Shown: positions 37,595 through 47,937 of the stretch, piece after piece
Numbering within the stretch: position 1 is the first letter of the stretch
How the letters are laid out: each line of letters opens with the position of its first letter
From: Nitrososphaerota archaeon
Lineage (GTDB): Archaea > Thermoproteota > EX4484-205 > JAAOZP01
Direction of reading: 5' to 3'
Assembly (NCBI GenBank): GCA_011605725.1
Contig: JAAOZP010000011.1
Coordinates: 116,474-180,473 of the forward strand
DNA length: 64,000 nucleotides
Notes under the pieces: generated by a model
Database searches by the model: none
What the model was told of the DNA's origin: nothing
The model's input: only the letters and a program-made list of their open reading frames with translations
Program-made: the position numbers and the translations under genes

Positions 37595-39937
37595 ATGCCT
37601 GTGAAAACACCTGCCAAGGTTATAGAAATATTTAAAAAACACTACTACATTCTGTCTCTGCTGCTGCTCTTCATATACGCATTACTTTCTGTGAAAACAA
37701 TTTTTCTAGAAGGCATGATCCCGGGCTGGGATAACCCTGTGCACTACGTGAACTCCCATCTCACAGCGCTCTACATGTTTCCCAGGCTGGATATTCTAGG
37801 CTGGGATCCTTTCAACCAGTTCGGCTGGGTTTTCAACCTATACTACAACCCGGGCATGAGCATCTTCGTCTCCTCCATATACCACTCATTTCTAGGCTTC
37901 GTAGACACTCTGTTAGCGTACAAGATCGCTTTCTTCCTAGCGTATTTCCTACCGGCTCCCGCCACATTCATGTTCGTCCACGCTTTAACAGAGGATAAAA
38001 TCGCATCCCTAGTTGCCTCACTGCTTTCAATAACAACCTTCACCGAGGAATCTGCGTGGTTTGACGCTGGTTTAAAGCAAATGTACTACATAGGCATGTG
38101 GCCAGAGAGACTGGGCCTAGTTTTCGTTTTTTTCAGCATAGCCCTCTTAGCCTACTCCTTTAAATCTAAATCCATAGGGAAAACCCTGTTCCTCACAGGA
38201 CTAGGATCTCTGTTCTTCACAATGGCTGTTCTAACCCATGTAATGATGGGGATTTCAGCGGCTTTAATGGCATTATTACTATGGCTATTTGTTTTCCTAA
38301 AAACAGTAGTAGAGTTCCCAAGTTCTACTAGTCAAGGACTCGTATCTCTCTTAAAAACAGAAGGCGTTGTCTTGGTGAAGTTCACATCCATAGGCTTGCT
38401 TTCCTTGGGAATGGCTGCTTTCTGGATGGTCCCGCTTTTTCAAACACTAGAGACGTATCACAGTTTCCCAGCCGTCACGTGGTCCACTGGACCATATATT
38501 TTTGGAGAAACATTTGCCAGTTTACCATGGTACCTCCTGGTTTTTTATTGCCTAGGTGCTTTCGCACCAGTTTACGCAGGAAGTAAAGTCTCCTATTCAT
38601 CCTTAGCTGCATCCGCAGTCATCCTCATTCTGCAGTTCCTGAACCTAGTTAACCTGTACGATGGCAACATTGGACTGAGGCTTATTTTCGCGTTCGCGGT
38701 GTCACTGGTTTTGCTGGTTTCCTCCAAGGACCTCTACGTGCCGTTCCTGCTTGCATCCATATCTATCCTTGGTTTTCTGGCAACAGGACCCGATACATAC
38801 CTTGTGTGCTTCGGCCCGTTTAGACTCGACCTGCTTAGTCTAATACCGTTCGCAAGAAGCTTCGGCTACTCCAAGTTTAATGCTCCAGTCAGGATTCTAA
38901 TACTCAGCTTAGCAGCCCTAGGTTTCTCGAAGATTTTAAGCAAGCTCTACACGCTCTCCAAAACAACAAGATTTCCAGCAGTTTTCTCGATAATAGCCGG
39001 ATTGCTAGCGTTCTTGATCCTCAATTCTTCGCTTAGTGCCCAATTACAGAATACTGACCTCGCCTACCCTTTTTCCAAGGAGAAGGTTTTCAAACTAACC
39101 TCAGACTACCCGGGCTTCAAAAAAGTTGACGAGCTTACAGGCTGGGTTGAGAACAATGTTCCCGGAGACACTTACATACTGTTTCAGGATACTTTGGATT
39201 TCGGCGGCAGCGAGGATTTTCAGACATCCCACTATGTCTATATTGCTTCAATAAGGCTAAAAAGGCCTATTATTGGCGGTTGTTTTGGGACTCGCTATAT
39301 AACTAATCCTTATGCCCTTACCGAGGGAGGGTATCTTCTAAGCTTCCCCATTGAAAAGCTGATTAAGAACGATCTGATTAAGCGACTGATGGATGAGCTT
39401 GGAATCGGCTACATCGCTATCCATGATTCGAGACTAATAAATTTCTTAAACTCCTCCACCGATTTTTGCCTCGAGTATTACAATGGCTTGTACGCAGTTT
39501 TTCGGAAAACTAATTCCTCAAAGATTGTTTTCATCCAGGGAGAGGGGAGAGTCGAATCAGTAGACTTCACCATAAACAAGATTGAAGCCACAGTATCCGG
39601 CGTGTCTGGAAATGCTTCATACCTGATAGTTAGACAGGTTAACTTTCCAGGCTTCACCGCCGAAGCAGACGGGGAAATTATTTCTATAGACACATATTAT
39701 CCTAAGCTGCCAAACGTAATAACGGGTTGGCAGGGAATCCAGCCGGTATTCAACTGGAGAATACCGTTCATCAAGGTGAAAATACCAGCCGGGTCTAACA
39801 GGGTAACATTAAGGTTCAGTATTCATACCGTGGGAAGCGACATATCAAAAATAGCCTGGACAGTGTTCCTCTGTCTTCTGATCTCCGGCATAGTCCTGCC
39901 GACAGTAGGGAAGTTGCGCAAAAAATGGCGAAAGTAA
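37595..39937 (+). CDS. Polytopic membrane protein, GT-C-like (PTPS-related/YfhO-like) glycosyltransferase
   Basis: GWDNPVH after TM1, GWDP...YYNPG, more than 10 hydrophobic helices, extracellular domain with a YfhO-like tail (VNFPGFTAEADG), final TM helix. Confidence 0.7.
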   Translation: MPVKTPAKVIEIFKKHYYILSLLLLFIYALLSVKTIFLEGMIPGWDNPVHYVNSHLTALYMFPRLDILGWDPFNQFGWVFNLYYNPGMSIFVSSIYHSFLGFVDTLLAYKIAFFLAYFLPAPATFMFVHALTEDKIASLVASLLSITTFTEESAWFDAGLKQMYYIGMWPERLGLVFVFFSIALLAYSFKSKSIGKTLFLTGLGSLFFTMAVLTHVMMGISAALMALLLWLFVFLKTVVEFPSSTSQGLVSLLKTEGVVLVKFTSIGLLSLGMAAFWMVPLFQTLETYHSFPAVTWSTGPYIFGETFASLPWYLLVFYCLGAFAPVYAGSKVSYSSLAASAVILILQFLNLVNLYDGNIGLRLIFAFAVSLVLLVSSKDLYVPFLLASISILGFLATGPDTYLVCFGPFRLDLLSLIPFARSFGYSKFNAPVRILILSLAALGFSKILSKLYTLSKTTRFPAVFSIIAGLLAFLILNSSLSAQLQNTDLAYPFSKEKVFKLTSDYPGFKKVDELTGWVENNVPGDTYILFQDTLDFGGSEDFQTSHYVYIASIRLKRPIIGGCFGTRYITNPYALTEGGYLLSFPIEKLIKNDLIKRLMDELGIGYIAIHDSRLINFLNSSTDFCLEYYNGLYAVFRKTNSSKIVFIQGEGRVESVDFTINKIEATVSGVSGNASYLIVRQVNFPGFTAEADGEIISIDTYYPKLPNVITGWQGIQPVFNWRIPFIKVKIPAGSNRVTLRFSIHTVGSDISKIAWTVFLCLLISGIVLPTVGKLRKKWRK

Positions 39938-40785
39938 AGGATTTTTTAGTCGAAGCAAGGATTCTAGACTGGTATAAGAATCTACTTATACTCGTTGCAC
40001 CATTCTTCGGCGGAAAGCTTCTGTACCCAGTCTATTATCCTAGCCTTTTATTGGGGTTTCTAGCCCTTTCAGCCACCTCCAGTGCCTGCTACGTGATTAA
40101 TGATATTAAAGATGCCGCTCGGGATGCGTACCACCCTAGGAAAAAACATAGGCCTGTGGCTAGTGGGAAAATGAGTAGGGCTTCGGCGTTAATCTTCTCG
40201 ATAACCCTACTGGGGTTTTCCCTCTTCACCTCATACTGGGTAAGCATCATCTTTCTAGTACTGTGCATCTCCTTATTCCTAAACTCGATCATTTACACTT
40301 TTTTCCTAAGGGATGTAGCATGGTTAGACTTACTTAGCATATCTCTTAATTATATCATTAGGTCACTAGCAGGAGCAGAAATAGTTAACGTCTATGTTTC
40401 GCCATGGCTGTTGATCAGCGTCTTCTATACTTCAATGCTCCTTGCATTATCGAAAAGAAGAGAGGAATTAACCGCTTTGAATGAGGCTGAACATTATAGG
40501 AAGTCTTTCAAGCACTATGACGTGACTCTTATAGATCAAGCGATCACCGTCTTCTCAACCCTAATAATAATCTCTTATTCTCTCTATACTTTTCACTCGC
40601 CTTATGCAGATGGTCCTTTGCCTTTTACGATTCCGATAATAACGCTAATAGTATTGCAGTTCATTTCTGTTTCGAAAAAAACCGGGGAAGCCGGAATAAT
40701 AAGAAGACTCCTGTCCAGCAGGACCATCGTTACAAGCCTCCTTATTTGGCTTGTAATAATGTTTTACCTAATATATTTAACATGA
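39925..40785 (+). CDS. UbiA-family polyprenyl-phosphate phosphoribosyltransferase (DPPR synthase-like)
   Basis: RILDWYKNLL, YVINDIKDAARDAYHPRKKHRPVASG, SPWLL, LALSKRREEL, YSLYT; overlaps the upstream gene. Confidence 0.85.
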   Translation: MAKVKDFLVEARILDWYKNLLILVAPFFGGKLLYPVYYPSLLLGFLALSATSSACYVINDIKDAARDAYHPRKKHRPVASGKMSRASALIFSITLLGFSLFTSYWVSIIFLVLCISLFLNSIIYTFFLRDVAWLDLLSISLNYIIRSLAGAEIVNVYVSPWLLISVFYTSMLLALSKRREELTALNEAEHYRKSFKHYDVTLIDQAITVFSTLIIISYSLYTFHSPYADGPLPFTIPIITLIVLQFISVSKKTGEAGIIRRLLSSRTIVTSLLIWLVIMFYLIYLT

Positions 40786-40837
40786 GTCCTTCTAAATAAT
40801 TGCCTGAAGCAAGATTTTAGAGAGTGAAGATTTATTA

Positions 40838-41992
40838 GTGGAGCGGGAGGAGTTTATCAGCATGGTCTACCTTTATGAACAAGATTTGACGAGACACGAT
40901 ATTCTTAAACGAGTTGGCAGCATGGAGCAGATTGCCGGGGTGAAAATAGCAGAATTCTCCAATGGCTTTGAACGCGGTGTCAAAGCCGCAATAGTAAGAA
41001 ATGGAGAACTAGGTTTTCTAGTGGCAATAGACCGGGCTATGGATATAGTGAATGCAGAGTATAAAGGAGTACCGTTAAGCTGGATTAGCCCTACCGGGAT
41101 AGTTGCACCCGGTTTCTATGAGCCAGAAGGACTCGGATGGCTTCGTGGCTTTCCAGGAGGACTAGTCACCACATGTGGTTTAACGTACATGGGAGCACCT
41201 ACCTTTGACAACGGGGAGAGTCTTGGGCTACATGGACGCATATCCTATTCACCAGCCAATTTACTGCATGCAGACGCCTATTGGGATGGAGAAAATTACA
41301 GAATACTTTTGGAAGGCGAAATTAAAGAATCTAAAGTTTTTGAGCCCAATATCACGCTTAGGAGACGAATATCGACAACTCTTGGGGAAAGACGCATAGT
41401 GATACGTGATGTTGTAACAAACTGTGGATGGAGGGCACAGCCCCTGATGATACTATATCACATCAACATAGGTTTCCCACTACTGGATAAGAATGCTAGA
41501 TTCCTGTCGACGACCGGTTGCTTTACTCCGAGAGATCAGGAAGCCATGGAAGACGCGGAAGATTTTGCAAGCATTCATGAGCCAAGACCAGGTTATAGAG
41601 AAAAAGTATATTTTCACGACATGCTTGTTGACGATGATGGAAACGCTTATGCTGCGATAGTAAATGATAAGCTTCTCGGAGGTCTAGGGGTATACGTGAA
41701 ATACAGCAAGCATGAGCTGCCCAGGTTCGTACAGTGGAAAATGCTCGGCGAGGGAACATACGTTATGGGAATGGAGCCTGCGAATAGCCTTGTAATGGGA
41801 AGGGGCAAGGAACGGGAATGGGGAACATTACAATATATTATGCCTTGGGAAACAAAAGAATTCCATATTGAAATAGGTGTTCTTTCAAGCAATGAGATAA
41901 CTGCGTTCGAAGAGAAAATAAGTAGAATAGTGGGAGCTAAAAAACCCCGCATGTTTGAAAATGTTGAGGAATTCGTTAAAAATTTAAGATAA
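40838..41992 (+). CDS. Aldose 1-epimerase-like protein (DUF4432 type)
   Basis: DRAMDI, WLRGFPGGLVTTCGL, GLHGRIS, MILYHINIGFPLLD, YVMGMEP. The start may be ATG 40862. Confidence 0.8.
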   Translation: MEREEFISMVYLYEQDLTRHDILKRVGSMEQIAGVKIAEFSNGFERGVKAAIVRNGELGFLVAIDRAMDIVNAEYKGVPLSWISPTGIVAPGFYEPEGLGWLRGFPGGLVTTCGLTYMGAPTFDNGESLGLHGRISYSPANLLHADAYWDGENYRILLEGEIKESKVFEPNITLRRRISTTLGERRIVIRDVVTNCGWRAQPLMILYHINIGFPLLDKNARFLSTTGCFTPRDQEAMEDAEDFASIHEPRPGYREKVYFHDMLVDDDGNAYAAIVNDKLLGGLGVYVKYSKHELPRFVQWKMLGEGTYVMGMEPANSLVMGRGKEREWGTLQYIMPWETKEFHIEIGVLSSNEITAFEEKISRIVGAKKPRMFENVEEFVKNLR

Positions 41993-42042
41993 CGGTACTT
42001 ATTTAAAGTTTATAAGCTTCTAGGAACTCTTAGGAGAATTGA

Positions 42043-43032
42043 ATGAATGAAATAAATGTTGCAATAATTGGTTGCGGAGGAATTGCATCAGTTCATGCGG
42101 AAAGATTAATTAAAATAGAAGGTGTTCGACTAAAAGCGTTCGTCGACATCGACGAGAAAAGAGCAAAATCTTTTTCGGAAAAATTCGGAGGCCATTACTA
42201 TAACAGCATAGACCAGCTAGTTAAAAACGAGCATATAGATGCACTGTTCATAACGACACCTCCTTTTGCAAGAGGTGATGAAGTGAAAGCCATAGAAAAG
42301 GGCATAGCAGTATTCTTTGAAAAACCAGTTGCTCTCAACATGCGCAAAGCCGAGGAAATCCTGGACTCTATAAGAAGGTATTCAGTCATAAACAGCGTGG
42401 GATACATGTGGCGATACCTGGATATTTCCTCCGTTGCCAAGGAAGAGGTTGTGAAGAACAGTCCCACTGCCATGGTTCTTGGTCAATACATAGATCCTTT
42501 CTGGTTTCCCCCTAAACACTGGTGGCTCTATAAGGATAAGGGGGGTGGACAGGTAGTGGAGCAAGCAACCCATGTCTTTGATTTAGCAAGGTATCTTGAG
42601 GGCGAGGTTTCCCGCGTATATGCGGAGATAGACAACAGAATAGCTGGGAAATTTATATATTCTGACATGACGGCTGAAGATAGTTCGATTGTAAGCCTAA
42701 GGTTTAAGACGGGCGCTGTGGGAGTTATAGTTAGCTCATGCGTCAGCCAAAATACTTTCACAGGGACTCTTCTCAGGTTAATAACTAGAAACATTGTTGT
42801 CGAGCATCTTGGTCATTCGAAAATCCTGAGGATTTATGAAAAGAACAGGATTCAGGAATTCAGGTCCCCTGTAGACCCATATTTCGAAGAGGATAAAGTA
42901 TTCATAGAGGCCGTAAAAACAGGAGATACGAGTAAAATCAAGTCAAGCTTTGAAGACGCGGTAAAGACTTTGAAAATAACTCTGGCTGCTAACGAGTCTG
43001 CAAAAACAGGGAAAGCAATAAGCCTAGAGTAG
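42043..43032 (+). CDS. Gfo/Idh/MocA family oxidoreductase
   Basis: IIGCGGIA, FEKPVA, GGGQVVEQATHVFD. Confidence 0.9.
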   Translation: MNEINVAIIGCGGIASVHAERLIKIEGVRLKAFVDIDEKRAKSFSEKFGGHYYNSIDQLVKNEHIDALFITTPPFARGDEVKAIEKGIAVFFEKPVALNMRKAEEILDSIRRYSVINSVGYMWRYLDISSVAKEEVVKNSPTAMVLGQYIDPFWFPPKHWWLYKDKGGGQVVEQATHVFDLARYLEGEVSRVYAEIDNRIAGKFIYSDMTAEDSSIVSLRFKTGAVGVIVSSCVSQNTFTGTLLRLITRNIVVEHLGHSKILRIYEKNRIQEFRSPVDPYFEEDKVFIEAVKTGDTSKIKSSFEDAVKTLKITLAANESAKTGKAISLE

Positions 43033-43167
43033 AGCTAAAAGGCAAGCACCCTTATTTTCGCTCATGCGTCCGGTAGGTGGACATGTTTAACCGGTGGCTT
43101 GAAGATGTGAGAATAGACCGCTTAGACAATAAAACATATAGAATAGTGATTCCTAACGTTTATTGGA

Positions 43168-46035
43168 TTGGCTACTGAGGAAAACGATCTGGCCAGCGAA
43201 TCTCTAAGACTTCTTTCTCAACCGATTAGGGCAGTGATGAAACAAATCGGGATTGAAAAATTATTGGAGACTCAAGAAAAAGCCATTCCTCCTATAATGA
43301 TGGGGAAGAATGTTCTCCTAATAGCTCCGACGGGAAGCGGGAAGACTGAAGCTGCACTTCTACCTGTTCTGTCTAAGCTTACCGCTATTGAGGATAGAAG
43401 GGGGATTTCGCTTCTCTACATTACTCCATTGAGGGCGTTGAACAGAGATATGATGAAGAGGATCATGAAACTATGCGTCTCCCTAGGATTATCGGTGGAT
43501 GTTAGACATGGAGATACTTCATCCTCCATGAGGAGGAAACAGGCTTTGAAGCCCCCCGATATCTTAATAACGACTCCTGAGACTCTTCAAGCAATACTTC
43601 CCGGCAGAAGAATGCAAAAAAACCTTAAAGATGTCAAATGGGTCATTATAGACGAGATTCATGAAATAGCTGAAAGCAAGAGGGGTGTTCAGCTAGCTGT
43701 AGCCCTAGAGCGACTTAAGGAGATTACTGGTCGGGATTTTCAGAGGATAGGTCTTTCAGCCACCGTAGGAACACCAGAAAAGGTTGGAAAACTTCTCGCC
43801 GGAAGCAGGGGGGCTGTTAAAATTATCAGAGTCTCGGCGTCAAAGGAATACAGGTATTGGATAGAATGGCCGCAACCGGATGAGGAGGATTTCGACCTTT
43901 CTGCCATTCTCTACACTTCGCCAGAGGCTGCTGCAAGAATAAGAACAATAAAGGATCTTTGCGACGCATCCACCTCTACCTTGATATTCGTTAACAGTAG
44001 ACAGATTGCTGAAATGCTTGCTTTAAGGCTGAGCTTCCTAGACCCTAAGATAGGCATACACCATGGTTCACTGTCCAAAGAGGAGAGAGTAAATATAGAA
44101 GACAGTTTTAAAAAGGGCTTGACTAAGGCTATTGTCTGCACTTCAACGCTTGAACTCGGCATAGATATTGGTACTGCTGACCTGGTGATACAGTATCTTT
44201 CTCCGCGTCAAGTAGGGCCTTTCATCCAGAGAGTAGGTAGGTCTGGTCATAGGCTTGGATTAACGTCTGAAGGAGTAATACTAACCGCCTTCGTAGACGA
44301 CGCTCTCGAATCAATAGCAGTTGTGAATAGGGCGCGGAGCGAAAAGGTTGAGCCTACCCGGATCCATGAGGGGGCTCTAGACGTTCTTGCACACCAGCTA
44401 GTTGGTCTCTCCCTAGACCATGGGAGCATAAGCATTTCTAAGGCGGTTGAAATATTGTCGAGAGCATACCCTTTCCGAAGGCTGGGTGAGGAGGAGCTTC
44501 GGAGGGTAGCGGGCTTCCTTTCCAAGCTTAGCCTAATAAGGCTGGAAGGAGACAGCATAACACATACTAGAAAAGCTAGGAAATATTATTTCTCAAATCT
44601 CTCAATGATACCTGACGAGAAAAGATATCCCGTTGTCGACCTTACGTCGAACAGGACAATAGGAATAGTTGGTGAAGAGTTCGTAATGCTTAGAGCAAGG
44701 ATAGGGCTCCACTTCATCTGCAGAGGAATGGTTTGGAATATTGAGCAGATTTCTGACGAGGGGGTGTACGTGACACCGGTTGAAGACCCTAGAGCCGCCC
44801 TGCCCGGCTGGGATGGCGAGATTCTTCCAATACCCTACGAGCTGGCTAGGGAAGTCGGCAGGCTTCGGAGAAAAATCAGTGAAAAACTCCGCAGAGGCGA
44901 GAATGAGCAAGCCGTAAGCTGGCTTTGCAGAGAGTTTCAGATAGATAGTAATGCCGCCAGGAAAATAGTCGGTGAAATCGGGGAGCATATGGGGATGGGG
45001 GCTCCAGTCCCCTCTGACAACCTTATCCTAGTAGAGGGTTTCGACAGGTATTTGATTGTGAATTGCTGCCTGGGAGAGCTGGCGAACAGAACACTCGGAT
45101 ACGTTATTGACCAGAGGCTTTCCCGAGACGGGCTCATTAGAAACTGGTGGGCAGACGGGTATAGGATCCTGATCGAACTACCGGTTGAGGTATCAGAGTC
45201 CAACTTAAAACACCTTGTCGAAAAAGTATTGCCTAGAGGCCCTGAGGAGGTTGAGAGGGATTTCCACGCTAGGATAAGGGAAAGGTTTCCATTCGGGTAT
45301 TACATGAAGTTCATCGCCGAAAGGTTCGGTGCGATTGAACGTGGCCTGTCGCTGGGGGAAGAAAAGCTGCTCGACCTGTACAGCAGGTTCAAGCAGACAC
45401 CGATATACGATGAAACTATACGGGAAGTTCTTCAGGAGAAGGCTGATGTCGAAACGGTGAAAAAGGTGGTTTCAGCCATTCGAAGTGGGAAAATCAGAGT
45501 TGAAACCCGGATCTCAAGCGAGAAACCCACTCCAATATCATACCACATACTGAACAAGTATGCTGAGATTCCCGAGATGATCGCACCGGAGCAGGTTCAG
45601 GCCGATACGGTTGAGAGAATGAGAAACGCCATAATGCATACTAATGTTGAGTTTATATGCATGGAATGCGGGAGGAAGCAGGAGCCGATTCCTATTAGGG
45701 ATCTTCCGCAGAAGCCAAGCTGCTCCTGCGGCTCAACTCTTCTAGCGGTACTGCCCGGGTATAGGGGGTATCTTGTGAGAATCGTGAATAAGAGGCTGAA
45801 CGGTGAAAAACTGTCTGAAGATGAGTCGAGGCTTCTTGCCGACTTGAGGAGGACTGCAGACGTTATTCATTCTTATGGGAGAAGAGGAGTTATCGCGTTA
45901 TCCGTCTACGGAATAGGGCCACAGACCGCTCTAAGAATACTTTCGAAAATGCATTACAGTGAGGATGAATTGCTCAGGGATCTTCTAGAAGCAAAATTGC
46001 AGTACATAAGGACTAAGCCCTACTGGAAGACCTAG
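43168..46035 (+). CDS. lhr: Lhr-family ATP-dependent DEAD/H helicase
   Basis: APTGSGKT, ITPLRALNRD, RHGDT, TTPETL, DEIHE, GLSAT, HHGSLS, STLELGIDIG, QRVGRSGH; C-terminal CxxC...CxC and YGIGP HhH-like tail. Confidence 0.93.
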   Translation: MATEENDLASESLRLLSQPIRAVMKQIGIEKLLETQEKAIPPIMMGKNVLLIAPTGSGKTEAALLPVLSKLTAIEDRRGISLLYITPLRALNRDMMKRIMKLCVSLGLSVDVRHGDTSSSMRRKQALKPPDILITTPETLQAILPGRRMQKNLKDVKWVIIDEIHEIAESKRGVQLAVALERLKEITGRDFQRIGLSATVGTPEKVGKLLAGSRGAVKIIRVSASKEYRYWIEWPQPDEEDFDLSAILYTSPEAAARIRTIKDLCDASTSTLIFVNSRQIAEMLALRLSFLDPKIGIHHGSLSKEERVNIEDSFKKGLTKAIVCTSTLELGIDIGTADLVIQYLSPRQVGPFIQRVGRSGHRLGLTSEGVILTAFVDDALESIAVVNRARSEKVEPTRIHEGALDVLAHQLVGLSLDHGSISISKAVEILSRAYPFRRLGEEELRRVAGFLSKLSLIRLEGDSITHTRKARKYYFSNLSMIPDEKRYPVVDLTSNRTIGIVGEEFVMLRARIGLHFICRGMVWNIEQISDEGVYVTPVEDPRAALPGWDGEILPIPYELAREVGRLRRKISEKLRRGENEQAVSWLCREFQIDSNAARKIVGEIGEHMGMGAPVPSDNLILVEGFDRYLIVNCCLGELANRTLGYVIDQRLSRDGLIRNWWADGYRILIELPVEVSESNLKHLVEKVLPRGPEEVERDFHARIRERFPFGYYMKFIAERFGAIERGLSLGEEKLLDLYSRFKQTPIYDETIREVLQEKADVETVKKVVSAIRSGKIRVETRISSEKPTPISYHILNKYAEIPEMIAPEQVQADTVERMRNAIMHTNVEFICMECGRKQEPIPIRDLPQKPSCSCGSTLLAVLPGYRGYLVRIVNKRLNGEKLSEDESRLLADLRRTADVIHSYGRRGVIALSVYGIGPQTALRILSKMHYSEDELLRDLLEAKLQYIRTKPYWKT

Positions 46036-46086
46036 AGAAAAACCTCCGTTATAATTTGAATAAAAAAACATGGGGAATTATGGGTT

Positions 46087-46626
46087 TTAGGGCTTCTCGA
46101 TTACTGTACGAGTTATTATCTCAATCCTAGTTACTTTATTGTTCTCAACATCCACCCATATAAATGCCAAGCTAGAGCCGTCTTTACGCAGCGTGAGGAT
46201 GGCGCTCTTAGCCTTAGCTACCACGCTTCCATCAGCCTCAACAACAGTTTTTATAATCGGTTGAATACGAGTTACGTTGTAGCCTTCTGAGAGTAGATTC
46301 TGCACATCAGAATCGCTCTTAGCTATATTAACGACATTGTTCTTAAACTCCTCACTGATCTCGATAGAGCCCCATCCTCGCTTGATGCGACCACAGTATG
46401 TTTGAGCCCTACTAAGATTCGCCTCGACCTTGGCAGAACCCCATTTGAAACGGCTCAGCGGGCCGCGGAACGGTAGCCAAGGCAAGGGTGTTTCTGAAGA
46501 TTCACCAGTCTGTGCAACGACGTTTGTCAGGCTAACGTATATGGCTATGCCTAGAAGGAGGACGAATATAGGTAAAGCGATCTTGAGAGCGCTGGTCATC
46601 ATTGCTACTATTGAATATAGTAGCAA
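46087..46626 (-). CDS. Hypothetical exported protein (PepSY-like C-terminus)
   Basis: N-terminal hydrophobic segment, IAKSDSDVQNLL, and AFIWVDVENNKV. The start is probably near 46602. Confidence 0.6.
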   Translation of the reverse strand: MLLYSIVAMMTSALKIALPIFVLLLGIAIYVSLTNVVAQTGESSETPLPWLPFRGPLSRFKWGSAKVEANLSRAQTYCGRIKRGWGSIEISEEFKNNVVNIAKSDSDVQNLLSEGYNVTRIQPIIKTVVEADGSVVAKAKSAILTLRKDGSSLAFIWVDVENNKVTRIEIITRTVIEKP

Positions 46627-46705
46627 TATATAAATGTTACGTTCCTCTTAAACGGACATAAAAACCGATCGGGCTGGATCCGGGACCAGGGTAATCTTTT
46701 TACCC

Positions 46706-47243
46706 ATGAAAAAAGAGATTGGCCTAGGAGAGTCATATAAGCTACTGCATCCCTAGACCAGTAGTTCTTATATGCGCAAGAAGCAAGTAGGGCAGGGTTA
46801 ATATCATGAGCTGCTCCTAGGATATCCCTGTGAGCGACGACCCTCCGCTTATAGCAATGTCCCTATGGGAGAAGGAATATACTCATGCTTTGATAGACGA
46901 GACCGGAGAATTTACAGTAAACATCCCTTCTTCAAAGCTGCTTAAACAGATTTGGCTGGCAGGTACCAGAAGCGGTAGTAAAATGGATAAGGCTAAGCTT
47001 CTAAAAGTCAGCTTCACAACCTCTAGCACCATTAAAGTGCCCGGAATAGAGGAATGCATAGGGACCCTTGAATGCAGAGTCAAAGATAGAATGAAATTCG
47101 GAGAGCAGATACTATATGTCGCTGAAGTCAAAAGAGCATGTGCTGAAGAAGGCTTGTTCAAAAAAGGTGTATAGAGTTGTAAAGCAGAACCCCTGCTTCA
47201 TCTTGCCAGCAAAGCCTTCTCAATACCCAGGCCGGTTGATTAA
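46706..47243 (+). pseudogene. Flavin reductase-like (DIM6/NTAB) pseudogene
   Basis: Reconstruction: MKKEIGLGESYKLLHP / +1 frameshift / RPVVLICARSK*GRVNIMSCS*DIPVSDDPP...EFTVNIP...AGTRSG...LECRV...KGV*SCKAEPLLHLASKAF. One frameshift and three in-frame TAGs. Confidence 0.85.
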
Positions 47244-47402
47244 ACGGGAAACCCTGTCATTTTTCCCATTTCCTCTGACCATCATTCTTTTTGCTTCCTA
47301 TCCTGAAATCGTTCAAAAGTTTTTCTAATAGAATTTGTATTGCACGTTCTTTAAGAAAAATAAATATTAGGAAAAGCCCTGTGCCACGCGCTTAGTTGGA
47401 GC

Positions 47403-47701
47403 TTTCTATTTTTAGAAAACTCTGAAACACCCTTTTTGACTTTTCTAAATAGGGTGTGAGGCTTTTGTAAACAATACTTATGTTCATTCTTTTTCGAAGC
47501 GTCTCACACATAACGTTATTCGTGGACAATGCTTATGGAGGCATCTTGTAGCAATGAAGCGCGCTTAATCACAAAAAGCTATTCGAGATCGTGTCCTTAA
47601 ATACAACAATACTAATAGAACACGGGCACCGGACTTAGGCTATAAACTAAAAGAGTAGCCTTAGATCACCCGCTAAGATATCTTTTCTATTTTTAGAAAA
47701 G
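47403..47701. repeat. Two identical 17-bp near-palindromic repeats TTTCTATTTTTAGAAAA in a ~700-bp AT-rich intergenic region
   Basis: Copies at 47403-47419 and 47684-47700. The second extends to the perfect dyad CTTTTCTA-TTTT-TAGAAAAG. Related half-sites at 47438 and 47772. Confidence 0.65.
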
Positions 47702-47937
47702 TCTAAGTTAGGCTTTTGGTTTCCAACATTTTGTCCAACGTTTGATTTTCTTTTTCTTTAAAAATTTGAAATAGACTTTCTATAAGAAAAATTGAAAAGA
47801 TTTTTTAGCGCGCGCTTTAGAATCTTTATTTTCATATGAATCGGCGAGATTGAAAGAGTTTTGAAAAAAATAATAAGGTATAAAGAGTGTTTATATAACC
47901 CAACGATATTCATATAACTCGATTCGAGGGAGGCCCC

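Noticed and set aside
46706-47243. Three in-frame TAG codons in the flavin reductase suggesting amber (pyrrolysine) read-through
   Set aside because: The gene also has a frameshift, two of the TAGs sit at expected Trp positions (simple TGG>TAG changes), TAG ends intact genes in this window (for example 12659, 16728, 26316), and no pyl genes are present.
47755-47870. Several TTGAAA/ATTGAAAG words resembling CRISPR repeat ends
   Set aside because: There is no conserved 24-37 bp repeat, the spacing is irregular, and no cas genes are nearby.
47244-47937. Replication origin call
   Set aside because: No clear ORB consensus with a G-string and no adjacent cdc6/orc1. It is kept only as one possibility in the findings.
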